This document shows, in pieces, positions 1 through 13,858 of a stretch of DNA of 64,000 nt (the stretch's first letter is position 1; each line of letters opens with the position of its first letter). The DNA is from Cercozoa sp. M6MM (lineage: Eukaryota; Protista; Endomyxa: Ascetosporea), in assembly GCA_040357565.1 (NCBI GenBank), contig JBDODJ010000003.1. The stretch is one strand, 5' to 3'. Made by a program: the position numbers and the translations under genes. Under the pieces are notes generated by a model. The model was not told the DNA's origin. It did not search any database and saw only the letters and a list, made by a program, of their open reading frames with translations.

Positions 1-1339
1 CCGTCGGTACAAGAACCGCGAGCACCAAATCATGCGCGTCGTCAAGCACCGCAACATCGTGGAAGTCAAGGACGCATTCTACTCGCGTGGTACTCTTTCC
101 TTCCGGAACTTTGTTTCATTTGTATCTGCGTATGTATGTGTGTGTGTGTGTGTGAACAGGAGAGAGAAGGCAAGACATCTACCTGAACCTAGTGATGGAG
201 TACATTCCCGAGACGGTGTCGCAGACGTGTCGCAACCACGCACGCGCACGGCAACTCATCCCGATGACGCTGGTCAAGGTCTACATGTACCAGATGTGCC
301 GTGCCATGGCCTACTGCCACGCACGCGGCATCTGTCACCGTGACATCAAGCCGCAAAACCTGCTGCTCGACCCGCGCTCGCATATCGTCAAGCTGTGCGA
401 CTTTGGCTCAGCCAAGGTGCTGCGTGAGGGTGCCCTTTTTGTCTCCCCCCCCCCCCCCACCCGGTATGCAAGTGTGTATGATATGCACAGGTGAACCCAA
501 CAATGCCTACATCTGCTCGCGGTACTACCGAGCGCCCGAGCTTATTTTTGAGGCGCGTGACTACACGTGCGCCATCGACATGTGGTCACTCGGCTGCGTG
601 TTCGCCGAGTTGCTGATCGGACACCCGCTGTTTCAGGGCAGCTCTGGGTACTCTCCCTTCCTTCCTTCTCCCTTCTTTCTGCCCTCCTCCTTCTCCCTTC
701 TTTCTGCCTTCCTTCCTTCTTTCTGCCTTCCTTCCTTCTTTCTTTCCTTCGTTGCCCTTCGTTGCTTCAATGTAAAGTCTGCTATATGTGCTAATATGCT
801 GGTGTGTGAGCGCAGTGTGGATCAACTTGTCGAGATGCTCAAGGTGCTGGGCGCACCGACGCGCGAGGACATCCTGGCCATGAACAAGCACTACACGCAG
901 TTTAAGTTCCCAGTGGTGGAGCCGCACCCCTGGGAGAAGGTCTTCCGACACAAGGTACCCCCTCCCTCCCCACTTCATATAGAGTGCGTATGTTACCTTG
1001 CTTTCTGGACAGGCAACACACGAGGCGATCGACCTGATCAGCAAGCTGCTGGTGTACCACCCGGTACGCCGGTACACGGCACTGCAGGCGCTGTCGCACG
1101 AGTTCTTCGACGAGCTGCGCGCCGAGGGAGCCAAGCTGCCGAACGGCAAGCCGCTGCCGCAGCTGTTCGACTTCACGGCCGACGAGCTGCTGCAGATGCG
1201 TAAGCATGGCGTCGAGGAACGCCTGGTGCCGGCGCACCTGCGCGACGAGATCCTCGCCAGGGTTGGCGATCAGCTCTCAAGTGCTGGTAATCTGGCTCCT
1301 CCCTTCACGTCTTATACATCACGTCTTGTGCAAAATTAA
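1..1339 (+). CDS. GSK3: Glycogen synthase kinase 3 / shaggy-like kinase (5' end outside window, spliced; 3' end approximate)
   Basis: Spliced translation gives YKNREHQIM...LNLVMEYIP...[11 protein letters not shown]...KLCDFGSAK...[20 protein letters not shown]...[13 protein letters not shown]...VDQLVE...HPWEKVF. GT-AG introns start at 90, 430, 648 and 955. Confidence 0.95.
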
Positions 1340-1758
1340 ATATATATATATATATATATATATAATGTGTATATTGTGGCAGAGGCACAAGTGTTGGCAC
1401 AACAGCGGGAGGCCACGTCGCCTTCGGCCATGCAGCAAGACTAGTGCGCGCAGTACACGCCAGATCCGATTTATTCTTCACTCTGGGAATTCACGGAGCG
1501 ATCATGTGTCGCAGTCGCAAGCAACACGACAACACACACGGCGCTACGCTCACGCAACTAAGCTTGCATTTTTCAATTTCAATTTGCCGCTGAATTCAGC
1601 TTTTACAGGATAAACATCGATAGCTGTACAAGTACATCGATACGATAGCGTGGGGATCTGCTGCGTTTTTTCATTTTTCGACTTCTTTCAACTGGGCGCA
1701 AGTCAACGTCTAAGCGAACAGTGTGCTGCTGCAGTGTGCTACCACAGCATAAACTATC

Positions 1759-2344
1759 ATGAGTGCACCTGAACCGCAGAAGGAGTCAAGTGGGGTAGCT
1801 AATTTTTTGTAAGCTGAGGGTTGAGTTGCATTCTTGTGTTTCCACAGGACAAAAAGACTGCTCCCGTGAGGCCACCAGAGTTTGAATTGACTGAATGGGT
1901 ACTATCTTTTGTATTGTCTTTTGAGTAAAAGTCACACCGACGCTGCATAGAATGCAGTGGCCATGTGGAGCTGGGACATTGACACCGACATCTGCGCCAT
2001 CTGTCGCAATCATATCCAGGACCGTTGTATCGACTGCCAGGCAAACCCAGACTCGCATCTTGCCTCCGAATGCACCATGGCCATTGTATTTGTTGTCTAT
2101 ACATCAATTAAATGCAGAGAGCGATTGGTGTAGTGAACTCTATGTGTATCTGTGTAGGGCACCTGCAGTCACGCATACCACTTCCACTGCATTTCGGTAC
2201 CTCTTGGTTTCGTCTGTCTATATCTACTTGACTGCAAGTCACTCATCCGGTGTCCTGCGACAGAGATGGCTCACCTCGCGGAACGCGTGTCCCATCTGCA
2301 ACCAGGACTGGCACTTTCAACGCACCGCCTCACAGGGGGCTTAA
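1759..2344 (+). CDS. RBX1: RING-box protein RBX1/ROC1 (cullin-RING ligase subunit), 5 exons
   Basis: Spliced: FELTEW|[31 protein letters not shown]...EC TMAI|[13 protein letters not shown]|[16 protein letters not shown], the RING-H2 Rbx1 signature. Confidence 0.93.
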
Positions 2345-2613
2345 ACGAAACCACTTGACAGTGTGTCTCACGTCACTCGAAACTTTCGTTTGAATCGAAT
2401 CAGATTTGTAGTAAATTTACTTGTAGCGACGCTTCCGTTATTCCGGTTGATTGATGATTGATGGTTCTATTTAAACAATTAAGCGTCTTGTAGCTGTGTA
2501 GCTGTGTCATGACCATGGACGGGCCAAAGGGCAAAACAACAATGCGTGTGGGGGCTCCCCGTGACCCAGTCAGTCAGCTACACGACGCGCGGCTTGGAAA
2601 ACAGCAGCTTTGA

Positions 2614-4475
2614 TCACAATTCGCCATGCAAGAGCGCGTGCTCTGGGTCATCGGAGCTGACGAGACTCTCGGAGCGACTGCTGTTGGTGTCGCTCAACAT
2701 GTCGAACGTGCCGGTAGTGATCGCATTGTCTCGGTCGCTCGCGACGGTTCGATCGTCGTCGGCCACATCACTGCTGCGCGTGCTTGAAGCTTCAGTGTCG
2801 TGGACGTTTCTCTCGGCACGCAGGGGACGCGCTCGTCGGTCTGCGAGCGACATGCAATTGTAAATGAAAGAAACCGACACGACGCACGAAAGCAAGCAAC
2901 TTGTACCGTAAGCACGCTGTTGCTGCCGCTGCGTGAAGCGTTCGATTTGAGCAGCAGTTGCACGGTGCGCCACCACTAAAGACAAGACAATGAAAGCACA
3001 TCAGATAGAGATATAGTCAGACTACCCCAAGACTGCTCTGCTGAGGCAGCAAAGAAGCGCCACCTGAACCAATAGGAAAGCTGAAGGGAAGGGACAAAAC
3101 CAGATGACAAAAAAGGTACAGGTGGTGCAAAGGTCGACACGGTGCAAAATGTTGATATGGCAGTGGATAAAAACTGCCACCCAACTGGGCCACCTCGGCC
3201 GTGGCGGCGTACCTGTCGTCCATCATGATTTCGCGTGTTGTGAAACCAGTGAACTGAAAAGCACCAATTGAATGTACATAGTTTGTGTTACACACGAATG
3301 GAAATGGTACCGCAAGCCACACGTGCATGCAAGTAAGCATGCCACTCATCATAAGAGCAAAGCCCAGGAAGATGAGGAACGCCACACGCGCCAAAATGAG
3401 CATGCCACCGGCATCCTCGTCCGGTTGGAACACGATCAGTGACTGCTGGGGTAGATACAAAGACCACAACGGCACCAATGGAGTATAGTAAAGTACACTC
3501 AAAAAGCAGCGCAGCACAAGTGAAACTTCGGCCAGTAGGAAGAACACGAACAAGCCTGCATATACCAAGGAACTACACAAAAAAATTGAACACCTGCATG
3601 TGGTACCATGGTTGCGCAGACCGATACAGTTGCCCATGAAGGGACAGTGGTGGTCGAAACGTGCCACACAGCGGCCACACTCGCGGCAATCTGGACAGGC
3701 AATAATACATGCAACCTAAGGTCAGTCTTAAACGCACTGAGAAGGTTACGCTTGGATCGAGGCGGTCGCGTGGCGCGGCACACCACGCATATTCTGAGTT
3801 CCTCGCCCTAGAGATTACAAATACACACAGTGCAGGTTACATGCAGTTAGTTCGTGCACTTGCAGTCAAGAAAAGTACATTGTGCGAGGCATCGACCAAA
3901 CCGTGCTCACTGGCAGCTGTGGTCAGGAAGCGATTACCCTGACTAGGCAGACACCCAGAGTTTGCAAGCTGTACCATCGCTCAATAAGTGTCCAGTTTCT
4001 TGTGCACTTGGACTTTCAACCACGACTTCTTCCAAGTCTATGTTTGAGCATACATTCAACTCAAGACAGGAAAGAGCGTGCTGCTGGACCATGTGGTCGT
4101 ACATCAATAAATCCAGGGTCGCTGAGGCACACGGCAAAATACCTACACCACGAGGTTAAACAAGTCAAACAAGTTAATTTTTTGCTGTTACAACTCAAGT
4201 ACAGGAAGGTGGCCAGTGCGAGGTGCAGAAAGAAACTGAAGATCGTGCCGACATTGCCTTTCAGTATCCTGCATCGGTGGTCTGCATTCTTCCAATCGAG
4301 AAAGACGGGTGTGACTCGTACCGTTTAGACAATGGCGTCTGTACGATGAGGAAGGCGATGACACCAAAGGACTGGAGGCACGTGAACTACAAACCCAGAG
4401 TCTGCCGTTGTTTTCACATCGAAAACAAGGTTTGCCCCCACCATTGCCACTGCTTCGGTCCGAAAATTCGGCCAT
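2614..4475 (-). CDS. DHHC palmitoyltransferase (zDHHC family), multi-exon
   Basis: [10 protein letters not shown]...C...[19 protein letters not shown] Cys-rich domain, TM segments and a TTxE-like 'TTRE' motif. Ends are approximate. Confidence 0.88.
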
Positions 4476-4883
4476 CTACGCTTGGCCAACTCAAACATCC
4501 CGAAGAGCGCACGTCTGTGCTCACACTAACACCAATTTGCGTGTTGGATGCACTAGCTGCTGGCGTTTGATTGATCAGAGGCCTGGCAAACAGTTAAACA
4601 GTGATGGAACTTGATGAGCCAGAGCGTTCTAATCCGATCGCCTCCGACCTGGTATCACATTTGGCGCAAGAACAACAATTCCCAGGTACGCTTCCGGGCT
4701 TTGAGCAGTTTGGACTAGCCTATGCCGTTTCGCGTTCGTTTCTTCGCACCGGTGGCTCGCTGCTGTTTCGTTGTCTCAAAAACTGAGAAACTGGAGCCCC
4801 CCCCCCCCTACAGAGCGAACATCGTTTGGAAATAATGCTCGTGTTTGCCCTTTTTGGACTCTTCGGCGTGGTAAACTGAAAGA

Positions 4884-5628
4884 ATGTTTCACGTGCAGGT
4901 GTATTTCGCTTCCCAAGACTGACTATCCGGGTTGTCTTGCCCCGACATAGGCACTGGCAGGTCGCTGGACAGGCCACCACAATGCGATCGTTCAGTCAAA
5001 GATCAGTGATGCGGCATATGACGGCTTCTACCGCGTACCATAGAGCTGTATACTTGAATACCCCGGGTCAACTGAAGTTGGCTCGTAGCACATTCATTGC
5101 GGACTGACACCTTGGAATCCGCCTGCAACAACGACGGAATCGCCGTACATGCACGTCGGCGCAGGCACTGGCATGCTGCAGGACGATGGCATTGCGCCGC
5201 CCGATTCCAACCCACGTGGTGACATAATTCTTGAAGTTCTACTGTACTAGTAACAGTAGCTACCATTTGTTTTTCTAAATAAAACTAATGAAGTCGAGTT
5301 ACGGTATTTGTATATTTCCTGCACAGGGGCATGTGCCGCGGTGGACTACTGCCTTAATCGGAAAGACTGGTACGCGGATATGGCCGAAAAGTGCTACAAG
5401 GAGCTCGATTCGTGCGACGGTTTTGTCGGCTATTTGAAGAACAGCCTGGACCGCTTGCATCGTGCGATCCAACATCAATGCGTTGCGTCGTCGGGCGACG
5501 ACACGCAGATTCGCCTTTCGGGTGGACGCGTTGTGCTCGCCGAACTTAAGTGCTGCGACCCCTCCAAGTCGCTCTCTTTCGCGACCGGCACTGCCAACAC
5601 TGGACAGCTCGTCATCACGTGTGTCTAG
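4884..5628 (+). CDS. Hypothetical small multi-exon protein
   Basis: Exon-like segments bounded by GT..AG can be joined (ALAGRWTGHHNAIVQ..., HIHCGLTPWNPP..., GACAAVDYCLNRKDWY...LVITCV*). No recognisable domain; start uncertain. Confidence 0.35.
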
Positions 5629-5972
5629 TAGACGTTGGGTCCTCCTTTCAGCCCATCGAATTCGGCCAAAGCCAAAACTGAAGTGATTTGACCCTTTTTA
5701 ACAATCTACAACCTCACTTCGAGATGCATCTGATACAAGTATCTCAACTTTTAGCGCGGCCTATAGTGATCATAATATGAAAATGCGGTCATAAAAGGCG
5801 TTGTTCGATACGACAAAAATTGTAAGTTTTAATCAAACTCCAAAACAACAACAACTCTATTCAAAAACCAGGACTGTTTGAGGACAGAAGCAGGAAGTCG
5901 CGTGGGTGTGTGCAGACCTTTTTGTTGTACCTGAAGCAAGCACTGTGCTGATCTGTTGTCCTCAGGAACTAC

Positions 5973-6904
5973 ATGACGAGGCTGTTGGGCTTTCAAGTTC
6001 TGCTGGGGCTTGCCGTGTGCGCCCACCCCAAGGTGCATGTTATTCGTCTCCAGACGCCGAAGCTGCTGTCGTATGAGGACGTGCCTCAGATTCCTTCGAT
6101 TGCCAAAGACTCCGCCCTGCTGGTACGAAAACCTATCGATAGGTCGCTGACCGCTTTCAGTTTTTTTTTTTTAAATGAGAATTAACCTTGTAAAATTTAG
6201 TGCTCATCAGTGGCTTCGGCCAACTGTGCAGCTTTACACGCACGTCCATCGCACAGATCGTTTCAGACTACGGTCAAAACCGGCGAGGATGTTTCTGAGA
6301 TGATTGATCTCACGCAAGTCAGCGATGTCGTACTTTGACCTTCAATTTTATACCGATCTCACAGATTTATTTTCCCGCAAACTTCTTTGCTCAGCTGGGA
6401 GGAATGCTTCGCGACTTTGGGTTTTCCGAGGACGAAATCGACGCCGTAGCGTGTTCTTCTCTGCCCATGCACAAGTAGTTTTCAATTGTGAGTATCGTTG
6501 CATAGGCCATCGAAACTGCTGGGCGGTTTGAGTTCCGCATCAGTGAAGACAATGCCGACGACAATGCCGACACCGATGCTGCTTCGTCTGGCAGTGATGA
6601 AGAGCAAACGAGGTTACGAATTGAAGAAGATGACCTCCAAATCACCGCCGATGCCGATTACTTCAAGGACCTGTACGTTGATGTCACATGTACAGTGCCT
6701 TGTTTGCCGAAGCTTGTCTGACTTGCAGTTGTTTGTAGCTCTGATGAGGAGTTTTATGAGATGCTTCTGCAAGCTATGGAACTACAAAACGGTGGCGAAG
6801 CGTTTTTCGCCGACTTTGAACTCGAGTCAACCAGACATAAGAACAAGAACGAGAAGAAACAAGAAACACAAGCCGAAGAACAAGAAGAATCAACGGGTGA
6901 CTAA
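5973..6904 (+). CDS. Hypothetical protein with signal-peptide-like N-terminus and acidic regions
   Basis: MTRLLGFQVLLGLAVCA hydrophobic start. Later exons are acidic (EDNADDNADTDAASSGSDEE; QETQAEEQEESTGD*). Confidence 0.5.
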
Positions 6905-7192
6905 TCACTAGTTGTACTGTAATCAAATGGCATAATCAAATGGCATAGACATTTCGCGGAGCTTTCAGAGAACTGTCAAAGAACCTCCGTTTTTGCGGAT
7001 CGATCCGATCAACCGATCCGTCCAACTGTACGCGAAGAATATAAAGCGGCTCTTGTGCTTTGCACGGCAACTGTGCTTGTGCAGTGCAGTACTGTAGTTC
7101 TCGTGTTGATTTCGTAGTGTGTGGTGTCTGTGGAGAGTGTGAGCGAGGTTACACCGCTCCCGGAACTAGCGTCACTTTTTTCTTCAAACGCG

Positions 7193-7993
7193 ATGCAGAG
7201 TGTCAAGTATGTTTTCCTGTTGTCCTGCCTGTGTCAGTCGAGGTTCCTCCGCTCTGTAGATGTGTTGTTGTTGGTGACGGCGCAGTCGGGTACGTTCATT
7301 ATATCATGCGCGTATGTACGTGGTTATGCTCGGCAATGTCGCAGCAAGACATGCCTGCTGATCTCGTACACGACGAATGCCTTCCCTGGCGAGTACATTC
7401 CGGTAGCCCTGTTCAACGCATGTTTAACTTCGGTGTATGTGTTGGTGTGTGCAGACGGTGTTTGACAACTACTCGGCCAACATCATGATGGAGGGACAGC
7501 CTATCCACCTGGGTCTGTGGGATACTGCCGGCCAAGAAGACTTTAACCGTCTTCGACCGCTGTCATACCCAGAAACAGACGTGTTTTTGGTATCTACTGC
7601 GCTTGTGTCTTGTTTTTTGGTGACGGTGACGTTTGATGGGCCAGATTTGCTTTGCTGTGTCGTCTCCCGCTTCGTTTGAAAACGTGCGTGCGAGATGGTA
7701 CCCGGAGCTGCAGCACCACGCGCCCGGTGTGCCAATCATTCTTGTTGGCACGAAGAGCGACCTGCGTAACGACGTGCACACCAAGCAGGTGCCTCTTGTC
7801 GCTTGCCACACTTCTTTTGTGTTCTACTCGACTAATGAAACACAGGAGCTTGCAGCCAAGGACCTCGACGTTATCAGTGAGGAGCAGGCGCTCTCGATGA
7901 AGAAGACAATTGGTGCTGTCGACTATCTTGAGTGTTCGGCGCTGACGCAAGAGGGCCTCAAGAAGCTGTTTGACAAGGCCATTCACGTGACAT

Positions 7994-8032
<39 letters not shown>

Positions 8033-8155
8033 GATTCTCTGTGCTCCTCTTTGCAAACGACTGACCGTGTGTGTGTGTGTGTGTGTATGTAGGTGGCACT
8101 CAACAAGCAAAACAACCCGATGCCGCGAAAGAAGAAGAACTGCTTGATTTTGTAG
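7193..8155 (+). CDS. RAC: Rac-type Rho family small GTPase, 7 exons
   Basis: [41 protein letters not shown]...LWDTAGQED...LVGTKSD...YLECSALTQ; polybasic tail plus CaaX (RKKKNCLIL*). Confidence 0.96.
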
Positions 8156-8501
8156 AGCACCACTGCACCGTCGTTGCCACGCTTCAGGTCTCTCGTTAGT
8201 TCTGCACGATGGAAGGTCGAGTCCCTTCCCCTCCCGCCTTTCGATATCGATCGCGTGTGCGTGTGGTCTGAACGCCAACTCGAGTTACTCTTCGTTCGTG
8301 CGTTTTAGTTGTGTGCTAGTTTACTTTGTATTATTGTGATCTTTAAACAATGCTGATTGAACCGGAATTTGCTTCGCTTTTGCCAACTGAAGGAACGGAA
8401 GGCGGTCAAATTGATTTTAGTACAAGTCCATGTCAACATGGACGGAACTTATAGGCACCGCATGCCAGTGAACAATCCAGGGGGGGGGGGGGGAGAAACC
8501 C

Positions 8502-8795
8502 TTAAGAACGCTCCGCGTCAACCTGCTCGCGCACCTACAACACAAAGCGAAATATGGAGAAGCTTGAAGTGCCACAATGCAAGAAACAAAACGGTACAAT
8601 TTGGCGCTTCTGCGTCGACTTGTCTGACTTTCGGTCGGTGATGCGGTGCTTGCCGTGCTTCTCCATGCCGGCTTTGTGGGCCTGCGGACGAGGGTCCTGG
8701 CCATGCGCGCGCAAAACGCGCTCGGGCGCATCGCGTTCCTTGCGGTTCTGTTGCTGTTGCTGCTCGTTACGCGGCGGCAGGTCTTCCTTCGGCAT
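8502..8795 (-). CDS. Small hydrophilic hypothetical protein (about 77 aa), probable 5'UTR intron upstream
   Basis: MPKEDLPPRNEQQQQQNRKERDAPERVLRAHGQDPRP...KRQI|VREQVDAERS* with one in-frame GT-AG intron. Confidence 0.5.
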
Positions 8796-9281
8796 CTTTG
8801 GTTTTGAAGAGTAGAGAGTTGAGCTGGTCAGGCGCTTGCTCTGCTGTGCCTGCAAAAGGTACTGTACAGGAAAGTGCTAAAACCGAATCCGCAAAAAGGA
8901 GTTTGCAAATTTTGCAAACAACCGCGGTGGAAAGGGGTTGGTGGACTTCTACCTGCTCAAGTTGTTGTAAACGCTGTACGGTAGTGTACGACAATTTGTA
9001 AAGACAGAAACTATCCGATGGCGGCCAAGGCGATCAAGGCTGGCTGTTGGGTCAACCAAGAATGTTCTGTCCAGTGCAGTACGTTTGGGCATTGGTCCCG
9101 GCTCTTGGGGCTCACCTTTTGACTGTCCGTGTGATACAGGAGCTGCAAAGCCAGGCCAAGCACGTACGGTTGGTTGACAATCTAAGCAACTTATTGGCGG
9201 CAAGTCGCGAAGAACAGGGATAATTCTTTTTGCAAGTGCCATCAAGCTTGCAGACGCCGTGCAGAAAGCAGTTTTCGAGTC

Positions 9282-10287
9282 ATGAGTTGGAACAGCAACG
9301 CAGGCTACGACTACGGTGTCAACACATTCTCGCCGGAGGGCCGCCTGTTCCAGGTCGAGTACGCCATCTCGTCGATCAAGGTACCTTTTCACTTCTTGTT
9401 TATTTCTCCCGAGCTTCCGAGTGCATATTTTCCATTTTTTCTGCGCGCAGTTGGGATCGACGGCACTTGGCATCCAAACGGCAGATGGTGTGATTCTTGC
9501 GTCTGAGAAGCGACTCACCTCTCCGTTGCTTGTTCCGGACAGCATTGTCAAGATCAGGTATCCCCGTGCTTTGAAAAACACAACCCCGAGTTTTTAATTC
9601 GACACTCACTGACGCTCACTTTCTAGTGAAATCGACGCGCACATCGCTTGCGCTGTGAGTGGCCTGCAGAGTGATGCGCGCACGCTTGTTGACCACTGTC
9701 GCCGCGCATCACAGGACCACTGGTTCGTGCATGACGAGAAGATGCAAGTGCGCTCGATCGCGCAGTCGATTTCAGATTTGTCCCTCGGCTTTGGTGAGGG
9801 CAAGAAAAACAAGATGTCGAGACCGTACCTCGTTTCTGCCCGTTATGATGCTTGAAAGCGTACATGAGTGCACGTCTGCAGATACGGCTGCTCGCTTCTG
9901 CTGGGTGGCGTCGATGACGTCGAAGGCGCTGTGTTGTACCACACGGATCCGTCGGGCACGTTCACGAAGTACAAGGCCAAGAGCATTGGCGCTGGTCCCT
10001 TCGCTCTGTTCGGCTTGGCATATGTGCGCTTGGTTTTGTTGATCCTTGTGTTCGCAGGCATGGAAGCTGCTCGCAGTGCCCTCCAGGAGGACTACGACTC
10101 ATCTATGACGCTTGAGGCCGCCGAGACACTCGCCCTCAACGTCCTCAAGCAGGTCATGAAGGAGAAGATCAGCAGCAGCAACGTTGAGGTGGTGTCGGTG
10201 ACGACCGAGGGTATCCACAAATACACGCAGGAGGAGATCGACGCCATCATCGAGCGCCTCGCTGCCAACCCGCTGCATGACGAGTAG
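9282..10287 (+). CDS. PSMA5: 20S proteasome subunit alpha type-5
   Basis: [30 protein letters not shown]...EKRLTSPLL...SLGFGEG..MSRPYG.SLLLGG...[10 protein letters not shown]...LKQVMKEK. Confidence 0.95.
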
Positions 10288-10374
10288 CTATAACTTAAAT
10301 CTAGCATGCGTACGTATACCGAGGCTCGGAAACCAGCATACTAGCCGCGCTGTGCGCGTAGCCTCACGCGAAAA

Positions 10375-13238
10375 TTAAACAAGCTCGTCGGGTGACTCAG
10401 CGACCCAGCCGTCAGGTGCCTGGTGCGCCGGAAGCGGGGATTGCAGCGACACTTCTTCTTGGTACGCCTGCAGCAAAGTTGCGTCAACATAATTTGTCAA
10501 CATGAAAGAAAATGAGAACTGACCCGCACGTTTTGCAGCATGCCATTGGGCGGCACGCGGCCCAGTCGCTGTGAACGCACGCCAAAGCAAGAAAGAATCA
10601 CCGCCAAGTCACCGGACACCTAGAAAATACGTACATGACTGGAATTTTAGTAGAGATTACATAGGAGAAGGAACGAGAATCAAACTCACAAAGAGCGAAA
10701 GCGACGTCCAGTCTTGCAGACGAAACTTGAGAACGCGAACGTCGTGTCTGCGCCCAACACCAATAGTTTGGCAGTGTATCTCGTCCAAACAAAGCGTACA
10801 CATCAGTAGACACGACGCCAGAGCGCACAGGCAGCAGCCAAAGCAGCGGGAAATCGCCCATAGTCTACAGATGTGTAGGGCATTTAGGAAGAATGGTACA
10901 TTCGGAGGCGGAGAAAGTACCAATCGGAGATTCGCGAGCTGTGTTCCGAGCGAGTACTTGTGCTCAAAAGCAACGGGGGCGAACATCTTCTCCAGCTGCG
11001 TCTGGTTGCGCAGCAGCAGCGGCAGGTGGTACTCGAGCAGTTTATCTGTGAGCACACATGAATTTTAGCTGACTTACAGGCTAGAGTAAGCATACACACG
11101 TACAGGTAAAGAAGACGCCAAAGGCAGCCAGGCAGCACGTTGGCACAAGGTAAAACAAGGCCGAGTTCGACACCTGGAACAGTGACACCAGCGTCACAGG
11201 CAGCACGATCAAGCCTAAACAGAGACACATGTAGTGTGCATTTATTGACAGATAGACTCATTGCAAGGAAGGAAAGTACACGCGATGAAAACGTCGGCGA
11301 TGAGAGCGATGAAGAACTTGTAGTTGTCGCACCCGACACAAGTGCCCAGCCAGATCTGCCCCAAAGCCCAAAGAAGGGTAGCAAAGACAGGAAGAACAAG
11401 GATAGGTTGAACAACACAGAAGGAGACATACGCAGTGGTGGTCCATGCGAGCAACGCAACGCTTACAGGCTGAACAATGTCGTGCACGCGGAGGCTTTGG
11501 CAGACAGAGGGCATACACATACACACACACACATACACACACATAAACAGGGCCTACACGAGCACTGTCGCACTTGTCGCACTGCTTGATGTCGATCCAG
11601 TCGATCTGCAACTCGGGCTCTTCCTTCTGGTTGTCTTCCTCCTCCTCGTCGGCACTCTTGCTTTCCTCTGCGTCTTCCTCCTCCTGCACAAACACGCAAA
11701 TCATAGGCACAGTGGAGGGAGGGAGCACACTCATGCGAATGCTACGTTGTCCGTGTCAGACGGTAGCGGCGCCTGGCGCAGTCGCTCGTGCACTGCCACA
11801 AGGTCGATCGACTCGTGCTGCGCCGCCGCCTCCGCAAACACCTGCGGCACCTCACCCTGCGACACACTGAGGAGTAAAGGGAGTCAATGGGTAGGGAGTA
11901 ATCTCACCGCGAACTGGATGTCAGCGAAGGAAGCACCCATGCCTCTGCCATGGGGTAGGGAGTAAGGAGGGGTAAGGGAGGGTAAGACCAGAGTGTACTT
12001 GAGTAAGCCAGCAACGTCGGCCTTTTGTTTCTCAAGATCTGGCGTTTCTGCCGACGCCACCGACGCGTTTGGCGCTTCCCTTTGGACACAACTTTCTTAA
12101 CCCCCTTAACCCTTGAACTTTTGAATCCCCTTGGCTCCGGTAGAAAATATACGGGTCGGACTGTGGCGTCGGCGACACTGCCGAGATACCCTGCAAGTGT
12201 GTCATAAGTTTTTGGCATTTGTTGCAATGCAAAAATCCGCGCGGACAGTACCAGGTCGGTCAGGAAGTCGTCGTCATCGCCGAGATCGAGTTTCTTCTTG
12301 GTGGAGGTTTTTTTCGGCGCCGCTTCTTTTTTGAGCGCGATTTCGTCTCCGTTGAAATCGAGTGTGTGCCACTCGGTCGCCTTGTCCAGTACCTCCTCGT
12401 CTGGAGACAAGATTATATAGGGTATAAGAGGTACGGGGGGGTAAACTACCTTTGTCCGGCTTGTCAGACTTCATGAGCATGATGGGAGCGCCAGTGCGCA
12501 TCACTTCCTCCAGCGATGTCGCCCATCGGTTCTTTTCTGCCTGTGGGGGTAAATGGGATAGGGGTACCTAAAATGGAGCAAAGGGGGTAAAGGGGGTACC
12601 GTATTGACTGGAACACCACCGGCACCACGTCGCAGTTTAACTCCGTGAGGTTGCACCTTTGGTTTTTTTGTCCTCTGGGGGTAAAAAGGGGTAAAAGGGG
12701 GTAAAATGGGGGGGGGGGTAAAAGGGGGGGGGGGAAAAAGTGGGGGGGGGGGGTAAATAGGGGGTAAATAGGGAGTGAACGTGGGGATAAGAGGGGGTAA
12801 AGGGTAGGAGTACCTGGATGGCGTCGTGCATACGCTGGGCCCACTGTTCAGACACCTGCGCGTGCGTCGGCAGCAGCGGCTGTAGGCGCCGGTCGTCGCT
12901 GCGCGCGTTGAAGCGTCGCCAGCTCTCTTCGATGCCGCCCGGCTCGCCGAATCTGGGGGGGGGGTAATTGGGTAAATGGGATAAAGGAATAAAGGGGTAA
13001 GGGATAAAGGGTAAAGAGGGGATAAGAGGTAGAGAGTAAGGGTATGGGGTAAGAGGCAAACAGTGTGTAGCTGATGCATACGCTGCCCGAACGTAGTTGC
13101 CGATAACGACGGCGTAGATAACCGAGACACAGCAGCGTAGCACAAGCAGCGCATCGCTCTGTTCGCCATCTTCCTCATACGCCGAATCGCCCTAACAAGC
13201 AGAGTATGTAAGGGTACAGAGGTATATATATATATACA

Positions 13239-13320
<82 letters not shown>

Positions 13321-13858
13321 TGTGTGTGTGTGCGTGGTAGAAATTGAAAGGAGTATAGGGCAGAAAGGTGTAGGGCAGAAATATGTAGGGAGGAACTACA
13401 TGATAAAAAGAAGCGACAAAGAGGAGAGAGACAAAGCACCAGACAAGCCGGCAGCGACACGAACAGAGTAATCAGATAGATGACCGTAAAGATCGACGGA
13501 ATCGCCACTTGCTGGGGGAACACAAACCAACAACACTTTACCAAGTTACCAAAGCACCCTGAACCACAAAATTACCATTGCTCTGCCAATAATAACGCGA
13601 TTGCGCTTCATAAATCCACCGCGTTCGACCCTCCTTCCCTGTTGAATCAGTGCATATTGATTATCTGCTTTCAGTCGAGGATGTACGAACATACGGGCTG
13701 CAGCGAGGCCGCAACAGACTGCCACCACTCCTGCTGCCCACTGGGCCCCGAAGGACATCCGGTGCGGCATTCTTGCTTCGCCATGCTGCGTACACATACA
13801 AATGACAGAAAACAAACGCGCGGACCGCTTTGATTTCTTTGAGTGAGAGGTTGAGCAT
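10375..13858 (-). CDS. Second DHHC palmitoyltransferase with a long low-complexity insertion before the Cys-rich domain
   Basis: KQCDKC...PKPPRARHCSACKRCVARMDHHC|.WLGTCVGCDNYKFF. TM-like exons at 13350-13800; charged exons at 11600-13190 join by GT-AG introns. The single-gene model and start are inferred. Confidence 0.75.
13241..13332. repeat. (TG)n microsatellite in DHHC intron
   Basis: Direct observation. Confidence 0.95.

Noticed and set aside
9558-9626. Possible U12-type intron (GTATCC donor) in PSMA5
   Set aside because: The donor is GTATCCCC rather than GTATCCTT, and no CCTTAAC branch point is visible. It fits the general pyrimidine-rich donor pattern.
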